This document shows positions 50,112 through 60,258 of a stretch of DNA of 64,000 nt, piece by piece. A program made the translations under genes and the position numbers. Below the pieces are notes generated by a model. That model made no database searches. It was not told the origin of the DNA and saw only the letters and a program-made list of their open reading frames with translations. Source of the DNA: an uncultured Candidatus Binatia bacterium (lineage in GTDB: Bacteria; Desulfobacterota; Binatia; Bin18); assembly GCA_958296235.1 (NCBI GenBank), contig OY282457.1:1985684-2049683 (forward strand), written 5' to 3'. Position 1 is the first letter of the stretch; the number at the start of each line of letters is the position of its first letter.

Positions 50112-52046
50112 ATGCAGTTCAGTTTTCTCTCCCCCGCGGCTTTTTCCCTCCTGCTTGCGCTTCCCTTGCTGCTTGTGCCGTATTTGCTGCGGCAGCGATA
50201 TCAACGCCGGGTCGTTCCGGCCCTCTTTCTCTATCAGGATATTTCTTCTCCGGTGCGGCGACGCCTGTGGGGCCGAATCCGGCTGTCTCCGCTCTTTTTG
50301 CTCCAGCTCCTCATCCTCCTGTTATTGGTTGCCATCGCCGCCCGTCCGGTCTTGCGATACGACACCGCTGGAAAAATTGCGCTCGTACTCGACACCTCGG
50401 CCAGTATGCAGGCGCGCGACCCTTCAGGTCAGGGCTCAGTTTTTGAGGCGGCAAAAGAAAAAATTCAACAAGAACTGGCAAATATCCCGGCCGAGCGCCC
50501 CATCAGTATCTTTACGACTAATCCTCTTGGAGCGGTTCCCAAAGACCTGCTTGAAGCTGATACTGGAACGCCCCTCACAGCCGGTTCTGATACGCGGGCC
50601 ATTTTGGAGCGGATTCGTGCCAGCGATGCGCCCGACCCGAACGCTGCAACGCTCTCGGCCTTCTTGGCCCGGCTCTTGCGCGCTCGCGATTTTGAGCGTG
50701 TCTTGTTTGTGACCGACCGCCCTGTTACGCCGCTCCCTGGCGAGCAGCCGCCCCCCCCCGCCCTCCGCACGGTGACGCTGGACTCTGCCCAGCCCAATAT
50801 CGGGATCAGCACATTTCGCTTGTACCGGAGCCCGTTTTTCCCAGACGAGATTCACGCCACGGTCGGCATACACGCCGCCCAAGACGCCCTCTCCCCGTTG
50901 CCTCTGAGGCAGGTTGTCATCGAAGACGGCCAGACCCAGCAGCGTTTCGCCGCGCAACCGCTCGGACAGCCGGCCCCGCAGAGCTTCTCCTTTTCCCGGC
51001 TCCCGCTGGCGACGAGCTACCGAGCCCGGCTTCTTTTTGGCGAGGGGGAGGGAGAAGGCCAGGACAAAGATGGACTGGCCGTTGATAACGAAGCCTACGC
51101 CGTTCTGCCGCCCCTTGAAGAGATCGCGGTCTTACTCGTCAGCCCAACGCCTGAGGTCGGGGACAGTCTTGGACAGATACCAAATATCAAATTGACGCTG
51201 ATGACCCCCCAGGACTATGACCCCGCTGCGGTCACGCCCGCCTCCGCGTTCAGGTGTATCCTCTTTCACCTGACCGCCCCTGAAGTACTGCCCCCGACGC
51301 CGGCGGCCTTTTTTCTGCCGCCGGACGATAATCCGCTCTTCCCTTTGGGACAGAGCGCCCAGCAACCCGCGCTTACCCATTGGACCCACGGCCATCCCCT
51401 GACCTCGTATGTGACCTTTCCCTTGCTCACCCCGGCCTATGCCCAGGCCCTCCATCCCTCTGGGTGGAATACGCCCATCATCGAGAGTACGGTCGGCCCG
51501 CTGCTGCTGGCCGGAGAGCGGGCCGGAAGGCGCTACGTTGTAACGGGATTCGACCTCTTGCCGTACCTGGGAAGGCGCAACCTGCCGGCATCCATTTTGA
51601 CCCTGAATATTTTAGGCTGGCTCGCGGATGAGGCTTCGCAATCCGTTCCCTATAAAACAGGGGCAGCGCTCGGCCCGCAGTCCCACCTGGCCGGGACAGC
51701 GGACTTGCCGCGGCATGTTCGGTTTCCTCAGAGCACGCATTTTCAACCCGTTGAACAAGCCCTCTCCCTGGACCGGCAGGGGGTGTATACTTTTCGTGAA
51801 AATGGCCGGGAACGTCTTGTGGCCGTCAATCTCCTGAGCCCGGAAGAGACTGACCTGGGCAGACCGCTCTCCCTCGTGTTTGAAGCGCCGGTCGGACAGC
51901 CCCACGTCCCGCAGTCCCAGACCGGCCTCGCGAGCCGAACACACGAGCAACCTGTCTGGCCGTGGCTCTTGCTGGCCGTGTTCGTCCTGTGCAGTCTGGA
52001 GTGGTGGTGGGTCGCTCGAACGGATAAGGCCCGAGAACAGGACTGA
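50112..52046 (+). CDS. BatA-like N-terminal + vWA domain membrane protein
   Basis: N-terminal FLSP..LPLLLV.YL, DTSASM MIDAS, VTD, C-terminal WPWLL...LEWW. Confidence 0.85.
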   Translation: MQFSFLSPAAFSLLLALPLLLVPYLLRQRYQRRVVPALFLYQDISSPVRRRLWGRIRLSPLFLLQLLILLLLVAIAARPVLRYDTAGKIALVLDTSASMQARDPSGQGSVFEAAKEKIQQELANIPAERPISIFTTNPLGAVPKDLLEADTGTPLTAGSDTRAILERIRASDAPDPNAATLSAFLARLLRARDFERVLFVTDRPVTPLPGEQPPPPALRTVTLDSAQPNIGISTFRLYRSPFFPDEIHATVGIHAAQDALSPLPLRQVVIEDGQTQQRFAAQPLGQPAPQSFSFSRLPLATSYRARLLFGEGEGEGQDKDGLAVDNEAYAVLPPLEEIAVLLVSPTPEVGDSLGQIPNIKLTLMTPQDYDPAAVTPASAFRCILFHLTAPEVLPPTPAAFFLPPDDNPLFPLGQSAQQPALTHWTHGHPLTSYVTFPLLTPAYAQALHPSGWNTPIIESTVGPLLLAGERAGRRYVVTGFDLLPYLGRRNLPASILTLNILGWLADEASQSVPYKTGAALGPQSHLAGTADLPRHVRFPQSTHFQPVEQALSLDRQGVYTFRENGRERLVAVNLLSPEETDLGRPLSLVFEAPVGQPHVPQSQTGLASRTHEQPVWPWLLLAVFVLCSLEWWWVARTDKAREQD

Positions 52047-52048
52047 GG

Positions 52049-54694
52049 GTGTCGTTGCTCATGTCGTTTATGGAAGGCCTGACGCTGCTGCTCGACCTGT
52101 TTCCTCCACTGGAGTGGAGCCGGCCGGCTGTGCTGTACGGGCTTATTGCCGTGCCCATCTTTCTTTTCTTGCAACGTTTTGCTTTCCGCCAGCGTCCTGC
52201 GTTGTCCAGTCTGATACTGCGCGGGCTTTTCCTGGCCGCGCTCGTCCTCGCCGCCGCAGGTCCCTCTACCCAAGGCCGACAACAGCCCATTCCTCCCATA
52301 CTGGTCATCGATGTCTCGGACAGCCTGACCGCTCCCCAACGGCAGTGGATACAGCAGACGATTACCGACCATATTCGACCCGCTCCTGACACCCCGGTTG
52401 TGCTCTTTGGGGGCGGCAACCAGCGCTTTGCCTGGCAAGATGTTCCTCCCCTTCTGGCTACCCCCCCGCAAGGAGTACAGCCGGAAGAGACCAATATCGA
52501 GGCTGCCCTGGGTCAGCTTTTGGAAGAGCCCCGGCCCCGACCGGTCTATATTTTGAGCGATGGCTGGGAAACGCAGGGAACGGTGGCCGCCCTGCTCCCT
52601 GCACTGGCCGAGCGGGGTCTTCGGCTGTATCCATTGCCGCCGCCGTCGGCAGAACGCGCGCCCAATATCGCGCTCCGGCGTTTTGGCGCGCCGCAGTCCG
52701 CCTCGGGTGGCGAGGACATCGAAATTACGATTGCGTTGGAGAATACCGCTCTTCGAGCTGTACGGGGTGAGTTGACTGTGCGCGAGCGCGAGACGGTCGT
52801 GTGGCGGCAGGAAACCGAACTCCGCCCAGGCGGCTCGCTCCTGACCCATGCGCTGCGCTTATCCGGCAGTGGTCTCATTCCCCTGCATGCAAGTTTCGCC
52901 CCGCAGCCCGAGGCGCCCGACGCCATTCCCTACGACAACCAGGCAACCGCGTGGGTGCAGGTTGCGCCGCGGTCGAGCGTCTTGCTGCTGAGCGCCGCTC
53001 CGCGCGACAACCGCTATCTCGAACAGGCTTTAACCAGTCGTGGGCTCGCGGTTACAGCCCTTGCCATCCAGGCCCCGCCGGCCTCGTTGCCGGCGCTCAG
53101 CGCCTTTACCGCGGTCATCCTCAATAATATTGCGCACCAACAACTGCCCGCAGCCTTTGCGCGTGGGATGGACGCCTATGTCAAAAATGGCGGCGGTCTG
53201 ATTATGGTCGGGGGGGAGAGCAGCCTCGGTCTGGGCCATTATGCCGGCACGGCCATTGAAAAGGTCTTGCCCGTGCGGCTCGTCCCCCCCCAAAAAGAGG
53301 AGCAGCGCACAGCCATGCTGCTGATTATTGATAAATCCGGCAGCATGCGGAAACAGCAGAAATTATTGTACGCGAAACTGGGCGCCCGGGCGGTTGCCCG
53401 CAACCTGACGGATACCGACCTGTTCGGAATAATCGGTTTTGATAAGACGCCGTTTGTGGTTGCCCCGCTCGACTACTTGGGCAAAACCCGCGCTCAGCTT
53501 GACGGGCGGATTGACCGCCTGAAGCCGTCCGGCGGCACGTTTCTGCTGCCGGCCCTGCAAGAGGCCAAACGCCAGTTGGAACGTCAGTATGCAACCCGCA
53601 AACATATTGTGCTCCTGACCGACGGCGAAACCGGCGGCAGCGGGAGTGACTATCTGGACCTTGCCGCAGCGCTGCGCAACGAACTCAAGATCACGATTTC
53701 AACCATTGCCGTGGGCAGGCAGCCAAACCTGCGGCTGTTATCACGTTTGGCCGACTACGGCGGCGGGGCGTTCTACCATACAACCGACCCGTCTACCCTA
53801 CCCGAACTCTTCCTTGACGAGCTGGAAGAGAAACCGGAAGAAAAGACGATGGTTGAACGGCTGCTGGACCCCATTCCGAACCCGCGTTCTCCCTTGCTCA
53901 AAGGCTTGGCCCGGCAGCGATTGCCGGCAGTCCAAGGCTATGTGCAAACCAGACTCAAAAAGGGAGCGCGGGCCGACCTGTCGGTCCGGGATGCGGACAA
54001 GCGGCCACCTCTTTTAGCCTCCTGGTCCTATGGTCAGGGCAAGACCGCCGCATTCACCTCAGATGCGAACGGGCGCTGGTCGGCGTCGTGGGTGGGCTGG
54101 GACCGGTACAGCCAGTTCTGGAATCAAACTGTCCGCTGGACTTTTGCCCGAGAGGAGGGAGACGAACCCACCTGTCCTGAGCCTTGTCAAAGGGATGGGC
54201 AGCGCGCCGCTCCGTTTTCCATTGAGGTCGGGCATACCGAGACAGGGCTGCTGGTTGAAGCCTTTTTCTATGGGACGAAAGAGGCCGGCCAGCCCGACGC
54301 AACGCTCACGGCAACGCTCACAGCGCCGGATGGGGCGACCAGCCGTCTGCTCTTTGAACGCCTGGCTCCCGGTCATTATCAAGGCGGGTATGCTACTCGT
54401 ATGGCCGGCGACTATACCCTTGAGGGTATTCTTCCCAGCGGGGAGCAGTTTGGCCCCCTGGGCTACACGCTGCCCCGTCTCCAGCCGCGTGAAGCCCCGC
54501 AGCCCCAGCCGAATCTCCGCCTCTTTGAAACGCTGGTAGAGGCAACCGGCGGCGGACTGAACTCTGAGTTGGCCACCCTCAGCCGGCCGCTCGGGCCAGC
54601 CGAGCGACTGCCGCTCTGGCCGTACCTTATCCCCCTGGCTATGGCCCTCTATCTTGTGGAACTGATTGGACGTTCTTTGACTTCGCCCCGCTGA
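52049..54694 (+). CDS. vWA + class I GATase-like (DUF1355) domain membrane protein
   Basis: DVSDS, LSDG.ET.G, GGGLIMVGG, LPV, DKSGSM, GGT, LLTDG, PLLASW.YG.G. Confidence 0.88.
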   Translation: MSLLMSFMEGLTLLLDLFPPLEWSRPAVLYGLIAVPIFLFLQRFAFRQRPALSSLILRGLFLAALVLAAAGPSTQGRQQPIPPILVIDVSDSLTAPQRQWIQQTITDHIRPAPDTPVVLFGGGNQRFAWQDVPPLLATPPQGVQPEETNIEAALGQLLEEPRPRPVYILSDGWETQGTVAALLPALAERGLRLYPLPPPSAERAPNIALRRFGAPQSASGGEDIEITIALENTALRAVRGELTVRERETVVWRQETELRPGGSLLTHALRLSGSGLIPLHASFAPQPEAPDAIPYDNQATAWVQVAPRSSVLLLSAAPRDNRYLEQALTSRGLAVTALAIQAPPASLPALSAFTAVILNNIAHQQLPAAFARGMDAYVKNGGGLIMVGGESSLGLGHYAGTAIEKVLPVRLVPPQKEEQRTAMLLIIDKSGSMRKQQKLLYAKLGARAVARNLTDTDLFGIIGFDKTPFVVAPLDYLGKTRAQLDGRIDRLKPSGGTFLLPALQEAKRQLERQYATRKHIVLLTDGETGGSGSDYLDLAAALRNELKITISTIAVGRQPNLRLLSRLADYGGGAFYHTTDPSTLPELFLDELEEKPEEKTMVERLLDPIPNPRSPLLKGLARQRLPAVQGYVQTRLKKGARADLSVRDADKRPPLLASWSYGQGKTAAFTSDANGRWSASWVGWDRYSQFWNQTVRWTFAREEGDEPTCPEPCQRDGQRAAPFSIEVGHTETGLLVEAFFYGTKEAGQPDATLTATLTAPDGATSRLLFERLAPGHYQGGYATRMAGDYTLEGILPSGEQFGPLGYTLPRLQPREAPQPQPNLRLFETLVEATGGGLNSELATLSRPLGPAERLPLWPYLIPLAMALYLVELIGRSLTSPR

Positions 54695-54702
54695 GGATGC
54701 CT

Positions 54703-54735
54703 CTGTCCTGAGCGTAGCGCAGCGGAGTCGAAGGG
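54703..54735. repeat. CTGTCCTGAGC...GTCGAAGGG palindromic repeat
   Basis: Intergenic copy; a related copy lies inside the upstream CDS at 54171-54194. Confidence 0.6.
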
Positions 54736-54832
54736 CGCTTGCCCAGAGATGGTCGGACTGGTATGGCGGGCGGAAGGACTGGAGCGTTGACCCTGGTCTG
54801 AGGACACTGGAAAGCTGGGAGAATAAGAATAG

Positions 54833-55444
54833 ATGGCATATCTTGTACTTCTTCGACATGGCCAATCACAATGGAACCTGGAAAACCGCTTTACCGGCTG
54901 GGTTGACGTTGCCCTGACGGAAAAAGGCGAGGAAGAGGCGCGGCAAGCCGGAGAAAAGATCAAAGCCGCCGGCCTGCAATTTGATACCACCTTCACCTCA
55001 GTGCTTCAGCGCGCCATCCGCACGCTGGAGCTGGTCCTGGAGGCGCTGGGCCAAGCGCATCTTCCCGTCGAACAGGACCAGGCACTCAACGAACGCCATT
55101 ACGGCGACCTGCAGGGACTCAATAAAGCCGAAACTGCCAAGAAGTTTGGCGACGAGCAGGTGCGACTCTGGCGACGGAGCTGTGATATTGCCCCACCAGG
55201 CGGCGAAAGTCTGGAAAACACAGCCGCGCGGACGCTCCCCTATTTGAAGGACCGGATTCTCCCCACAGTCCAAGCCGGACAGAATGTACTGGTTGCGGCG
55301 CATGGCAATAGCCTGCGTTCGATCATCATGTATCTCGATCAGTTAAGCCGAGAGGCAGTCCTCAGTCTTGAGTTGGGAACAGGCGTCCCGGTGGTGTACG
55401 ATATTGACGCTGAGGGCAACGTCCAGTCAAAAGAGGTTTTGTAA
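54833..55444 (+). CDS. gpmA: 2,3-bisphosphoglycerate-dependent phosphoglycerate mutase
   Basis: [37 protein letters not shown]. Confidence 0.96.
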   Translation: MAYLVLLRHGQSQWNLENRFTGWVDVALTEKGEEEARQAGEKIKAAGLQFDTTFTSVLQRAIRTLELVLEALGQAHLPVEQDQALNERHYGDLQGLNKAETAKKFGDEQVRLWRRSCDIAPPGGESLENTAARTLPYLKDRILPTVQAGQNVLVAAHGNSLRSIIMYLDQLSREAVLSLELGTGVPVVYDIDAEGNVQSKEVL

Positions 55445-55564
55445 CGCGCAACGAGCAGATGGGGTAAGCGGGGGCCTCACGTTATTCCCTCCCCCCTTGA
55501 GGGGGAGGGCTAGGGTGGGGGGTCCTACGCGCAACGAGCAGACGGGGTGAGCGGGGGCCTCACG
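55444..55564. repeat. 38-bp direct repeats flanking a 45-bp GC hairpin element
   Basis: ACGCGCAACGAGCAGA(T/C)GGGGT(A/G)AGCGGGGGCCTCACG at 55444-55481 and 55527-55564, around CCCTCCCCCCTTGAGGGGGAGGG. Confidence 0.9.
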
Positions 55565-55572
55565 GGGGACTA

Positions 55573-56049
55573 CTATGGGGCCAGGGAACGATATTTCCCC
55601 TGATAAAAGAGGAGTGGGTCGCCTGGTGAAGTCACGAGCCGCTGAACCTCTCCAACATAAATCGTGTGGTCTCCACCCTCGTAGGCGTGCGCGACAGTGC
55701 ATTCAAAATGCGCCAGCGCGCCATCGAGCAGGGCCACGCCGAGTTCCCCGAGGCGGTAGGCCAGGCCCGCAAACTTTTCAATCCCTTTTGTTGCAAAACG
55801 TGTGGAGAGTTCTTCTTGCGCCAGACTCAGGAAGTTGACGGCAAAGACCCTGGATTCCTCAAAACAGTCGTAGCAGTCTACGCCTTTATCAACACAGATT
55901 AAAAGCATCGGTGGGTCCAGAGACAGTGAGCTGAACGCATTGGCGGTCAGGCCAAACGGCTTGCCTGCGGCATCTTTCGTCGTGATGATGGTCACTCCGG
56001 TTGCAAACAGCCCCATTGCGTTTCGTAATTCGCGCGCGTCAATTGCCAT
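55573..56049 (-). CDS. Flavin reductase family protein
   Basis: LRNAMGLFATGVTIIT, GLTANAFSSLSLDPP, GGDHTIYVG, PLLFYQG. Confidence 0.94.
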   Translation of the reverse strand: MAIDARELRNAMGLFATGVTIITTKDAAGKPFGLTANAFSSLSLDPPMLLICVDKGVDCYDCFEESRVFAVNFLSLAQEELSTRFATKGIEKFAGLAYRLGELGVALLDGALAHFECTVAHAYEGGDHTIYVGEVQRLVTSPGDPLLFYQGKYRSLAP

Positions 56050-56151
56050 ACTGCCTCCCCGATCGGTAAAGAAGTTCTCTGACAGCTACCAGAGCGCCTC
56101 CCAGGCTGTCAATTGCTCTGCGCGTCTACCCGGCTGGCGCAGGCCCGCCTG

Positions 56152-57246
56152 TTACAGATTCGGCGCAGTCAGTGACCGCGCGACATCCTTGTCACAGCCC
56201 GGCGCGCGCCCAAAAACTTTTCGCCACACCGGGGCGGTTTCCATGCACATATACACCGGAACCGTGGGAGCCAGGCGGTTCAGCTGGGTGATGAGGGCGC
56301 GGTACATCGTGACGCGCAGGGCCTGAAAGGTGCGCCATTTGCCATCATCACACAAGACCTGCTCACCGGATAAGAGACGGGTCTGCGGGAAGCGTTGCCG
56401 TATGGCTTTGCGTAAGGGTGGGGTGAGGCGCAGGCTACCGAAACTGACCCAGGCCACCCCACGCGGATCAACGGTCGCAAAGACCTGCTCCAGCGCCTGC
56501 TGATAATCCGTCTCCCAGCCGGGATACTCGATGAGCGGATCAAAGTGAAAACCTGTTTTATAGCCCGCCTGCTGGACACGCCGGGCGGCGCGGAGGCGGT
56601 TGGCAAACGGTGCCGTGCCATGCTCTTCCGTATCGGCAATAGCCGGGGGCGTCAGGCTCCAGGACACCACTACCCGCCCGTGCGATTCGAGCCTGAGCAA
56701 ATTGTCAATACAGTCGCTCTTCGTTTTGAGTTCGAGCAGGACGTTTTTTCGAGCGGCGAAAAAGGGCACCAGGTCTGCTGAAAACCCCAGAAGCGCATCC
56801 AGGGCCAAGCTATCGGAGAGTTCGCCGGTCCCGATCCGAAACGGTCGCCAGGGCTGACGATCGACGACCTGGGCGACTTCATCCAGCAGGTCGTCACTGT
56901 TGGTGAAAACTTTGAGGGTGGGATTATTGGCGAGATATTCCTGTAAAAAACAATAGCTGCAATCCATTGGACAGTTGGAGATCAGGCTGACGACCAGATA
57001 GTTGCAGCACACCAGCCCAGGGGTTCCGGCCGGACAATGTTCGAGAAAGCCGGCGCGCTGGCGGGTAAAGAACAGCCGGCGCTTGCCGGCGCCGAACGGG
57101 TCGTTGCCCGCCGGCCGCGCTTTCCTTTGCTCCCAGTCTTTTTCAACAATGTGGACGGGCAGCTCCGGCAGCCTGGCTAAAGCCCGTTGAACGACCGGGG
57201 CCTCTTCCTCGCCACGCTCGATAAGAATTTCAGTTGGCTGATACAT
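56152..57246 (-). CDS. Spore photoproduct lyase-like radical SAM protein
   Basis: NCPMDCSYCFLQ (CxxxCxxC), RIGTGELSDSL, ELKTKS, SWSL, FHFDP, YMCME. Confidence 0.85.
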   Translation of the reverse strand: MYQPTEILIERGEEEAPVVQRALARLPELPVHIVEKDWEQRKARPAGNDPFGAGKRRLFFTRQRAGFLEHCPAGTPGLVCCNYLVVSLISNCPMDCSYCFLQEYLANNPTLKVFTNSDDLLDEVAQVVDRQPWRPFRIGTGELSDSLALDALLGFSADLVPFFAARKNVLLELKTKSDCIDNLLRLESHGRVVVSWSLTPPAIADTEEHGTAPFANRLRAARRVQQAGYKTGFHFDPLIEYPGWETDYQQALEQVFATVDPRGVAWVSFGSLRLTPPLRKAIRQRFPQTRLLSGEQVLCDDGKWRTFQALRVTMYRALITQLNRLAPTVPVYMCMETAPVWRKVFGRAPGCDKDVARSLTAPNL

Positions 57247-57269
57247 GGCCGGCCATTATGCCGCAGGAC

Positions 57270-57812
57270 TCACACCTCATCCAGAGCATCGAACACGCGC
57301 TGAAAGCGGCCATCATCGAGCCGTTGCTGAAGCTGGGAGAGACCGTCCTGGAGGGCGTGCACATCGCGCGCCGTCAGGGTGACGGTGACTTCATCGCCTT
57401 CAAAGTCGGACGGGAAAGAGACCTGCCCTGCCCTGCCCAAGTCGAGGGCTTTCACCGCCTGGCGGACATTTTCCTCCAGGCGCGTCAGGCGCGGGTAGCG
57501 TATCTTGCGCAACACGGTCTTGACCGCCTTGAGTTTGTCGTTACGTGACCCCGGTGTTGCTCGCGCGCGGCGGAGTTCTCGCCGTTCGAGAATGTCCGCA
57601 ATGGTCTGCTCATCGCGCGCGGCAATCTCCTCTAACCAGTCGAGCAGGTCTTTGAGATGATTCTCGCCGCACTGGAGGTCTTGCAGCAAGAAGAGCAGCG
57701 CGGCTTGGTCGGTCCCTGGCCACGCCTGCCAGCGGGCCAGCGTTGTGCGGCTCAGGCGTTTGCGCTGGGCATAGGCCGCTATCTGCCGCGCCTGCTCATT
57801 CAGGGTCGCCAT
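57270..57812 (-). CDS. Hypothetical protein
   Basis: Overlaps the upstream GT2 gene; RYP.L...E and FEG motifs. Confidence 0.7.
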   Translation of the reverse strand: MATLNEQARQIAAYAQRKRLSRTTLARWQAWPGTDQAALLFLLQDLQCGENHLKDLLDWLEEIAARDEQTIADILERRELRRARATPGSRNDKLKAVKTVLRKIRYPRLTRLEENVRQAVKALDLGRAGQVSFPSDFEGDEVTVTLTARDVHALQDGLSQLQQRLDDGRFQRVFDALDEV

Positions 57813-58665
57813 ACGCCTCCTGGGCGCGAGGATAGCGCGCCATCAGGGCCAGGTAGGGTTCCGCCGATTTGCCCCGTTTGCGCGCTCCATTGGACAGGAT
57901 CCGACATTTTTTGTGAAGCATGGAAAGGGTGGCGTGGCGTTGCTGGAGAGAGAGGCGGCCCGAATCGAGCAGTTTGCGGAGCGCGACCAGCCGAAAGCGA
58001 TCCATGCCCCAAAACTGACGGGATAATTGATCGGTGTGGCCGCCGCGTTTCAGGACTAACGACCTGTCAATCAGGGAGACCGGCTCCTGTACACTGATGC
58101 GGAGCCACAGGTCATAATCTTCACACGCCGGGAGCTGCTCATCAAAACCGCCTACCCGTTCAAACAATTCCCGGCGGAGTATAACGGCCGAGGGACTGAC
58201 CAGACAGGCGGCGAGGCTCTGAATGAAAATATCGCCGTGGGGTTTGCGATGTTTATGCCGCGGATTGACCCGCGTCCCATGCCGAATCCAGGTTTCCTGG
58301 GTCTGACAAATCTGCGCGGTCGGCTGCGCCTCAAAAAAGGCGAGCTGGTGGGCCAATTTTTCGGGCTGCCAGATGTCGTCGGAATCGAGAAAGGCGAGGA
58401 GTTCGCCCTGACTGGCCGCTACCCCGCGATTGCGGGCGGCAGAGACGCCCCGATGGGGCTGAAAGAGGTAGCGGATGGGCCGGGACTGCGCGCGGGCGCA
58501 TTCGTCAACGAGCTGCCGGGTTGCGTCCCGCGCGGCCTTCGTTGAGCCGTCGTCCACAACAAGAATTTCACTCTCCTGATACGTCTGGGCCAGGACCGAG
58601 GCCAGCGCCTCGCGCAGGAAGGCGGGACGATTACAGGTCGGTATGATCGTTGAAACCCTAGGCAT
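57796..58665 (-). CDS. Glycosyltransferase family 2
   Basis: IIPT.NR, VVDDGS, GVSAARNRG, FLDSDD, CEDYDLWLR. Confidence 0.95.
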   Translation of the reverse strand: MPRVSTIIPTCNRPAFLREALASVLAQTYQESEILVVDDGSTKAARDATRQLVDECARAQSRPIRYLFQPHRGVSAARNRGVAASQGELLAFLDSDDIWQPEKLAHQLAFFEAQPTAQICQTQETWIRHGTRVNPRHKHRKPHGDIFIQSLAACLVSPSAVILRRELFERVGGFDEQLPACEDYDLWLRISVQEPVSLIDRSLVLKRGGHTDQLSRQFWGMDRFRLVALRKLLDSGRLSLQQRHATLSMLHKKCRILSNGARKRGKSAEPYLALMARYPRAQEAYGDPE

Positions 58666-59272
58666 CTGAGCGGCTGTTCGTGTCGGGAGTAGCGGGCTGG
58701 CCGGCGGTCAGCGCGAGCATCGCCTGCCACAGGGCGGCTGTGCCGCAGCCGTCCCGCGCAGAAAAAAGCAGCAGCGGCTCGCCCCCGATTTGCTGCATCA
58801 GGCTGTGGCGCCGCTTTTCTCGCTGGTTGCGTTTGAGCTTGTCACATTTGGTCGCCACAAAGAGAAAGGGGCGGTCATGATAGGCCAGAAAGTCAGCCAG
58901 GGCGGCTTCTTCTGCTTCCGGCCCACGACGGATATCGAGAATGATGACCACCCCACACAGGTTCGGCGCGTGTATCAGATAGTCTTCAATCAGTCGCCGC
59001 CAGGCCGCCCGCTCGGACTTGGCAACTTTGGCATAGCCGTAACCGGGCAGGTCAACAAAGGTCAGGACCTGGTTGATGGTAAAAAAATTGAGCTGGCGCG
59101 TCCGGCCCGGAGTCTGACTCGTCCGGGCAATTTTCCGGTTCAGGAGTCGATTGATTAACGAAGACTTGCCGACATTCGAGCGTCCGGCAAAGGCGACCTC
59201 CGGCTGAGAGAGTCTCGGGTATTGTCCCGGTCGCAACGTGGCACCGGCAAACTCAACACTTGAAATTTTCAC
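58658..59272 (-). CDS. engB: Ribosome biogenesis GTPase EngB/YihA
   Basis: GRSNVGKSS, PGRT, DLPGYG, TKCDK. Confidence 0.96.
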   Translation of the reverse strand: MKISSVEFAGATLRPGQYPRLSQPEVAFAGRSNVGKSSLINRLLNRKIARTSQTPGRTRQLNFFTINQVLTFVDLPGYGYAKVAKSERAAWRRLIEDYLIHAPNLCGVVIILDIRRGPEAEEAALADFLAYHDRPFLFVATKCDKLKRNQREKRRHSLMQQIGGEPLLLFSARDGCGTAALWQAMLALTAGQPATPDTNSRSDA

Positions 59273-59408
59273 GCTCTTGACTCACCCTCAGCGGTGGACC
59301 GAACACCGGCGGCCCGCAGGATTTGACAGGATTTGACAGGAGGGTAGCTGACAGAGCCTCTTTGCGCCACCTTGACTTCCGCTCGCCGGGCTTGTTTGTT
59401 TAGGGGGT

Positions 59409-59849
59409 ATGAAAAACGAACTCTTGGGCATGCTCGTGACTGCCCTGGCCATATTATCCGCAGCCATTGTGTCCGGCCTGCGGCTCAAGCCCTATATTGA
59501 CGCCGGCGAAACGTATACGCCGGCTTCGTTTATGCTGTATCCGGCCCTGGCGGCTGTGTTGGTCGCCATCCCGCTCATCTTCTTGCTGCGCGCAGCCCAA
59601 GGCACAAAAGAGCTTGAAATCGGTCCGCTGAAATTCACCGAGCGCAGCCCGTTTATGGCCTTATGGTGCATCTTGTATATTGTAATTGCCGTCACCTTCT
59701 TCCCCTACGACGGTCCTGAGGAGTCGGACCTCTTGCCCGAGCCGTCGTACCAGGAGGATACCGGGTCTCCCTTAAATCAGCCGGTTCGTCTCCCCCTGCC
59801 ATTTGCCGCGCTCCAGGAGAGCGCAGTGGAGAAGAGGCACGTGCTCTGA
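59409..59849 (+). CDS. Three-TM hypothetical membrane protein
   Basis: Three hydrophobic segments; start of a + strand run. Confidence 0.6.
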   Translation: MKNELLGMLVTALAILSAAIVSGLRLKPYIDAGETYTPASFMLYPALAAVLVAIPLIFLLRAAQGTKELEIGPLKFTERSPFMALWCILYIVIAVTFFPYDGPEESDLLPEPSYQEDTGSPLNQPVRLPLPFAALQESAVEKRHVL

Positions 59850-59862
59850 CCAGGAAGCAGTT

Positions 59863-60258
59863 GTGACCAATTTTCAGCCTCAGCTCGATCCGTTTCAGGT
59901 CTTGTTAGGTTTTCACCTCGACCTGGTGACGCCGGAACTTTGCCGTATCAGTCTACCCTTCAGGCCCGAGTTGCGGACCGGCGGCGACGTTGTGCACGGT
60001 GGGGTCATTGCCACCCTGATCGACAGCGCCGGGGTGGTCGCGGCCTGGTCTGATGCCGACCCCAGCGCCATCCGTGGAGCCACGGCTGATCTCTCGGTCA
60101 GCTATTTATCCGCGGCGCGCGGCGTTGATCTCGTGGCTGAAGCCCGGGTCATGCGGCGCGGGCGGAGTCTGGTCTTTATTGAGGTCGATGTCACGGCATC
60201 GACTGGAGAGCGGATTGCCAAGGGGCTGGTCACGTATAAGTTGGGGTATCGTGCATGA
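59863..60258 (+). CDS. PaaI family hotdog thioesterase
   Basis: VHGGVIATLID, T.DLSVSYL, RRGRS; GTG start inferred. Confidence 0.9.
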   Translation: MTNFQPQLDPFQVLLGFHLDLVTPELCRISLPFRPELRTGGDVVHGGVIATLIDSAGVVAAWSDADPSAIRGATADLSVSYLSAARGVDLVAEARVMRRGRSLVFIEVDVTASTGERIAKGLVTYKLGYRA

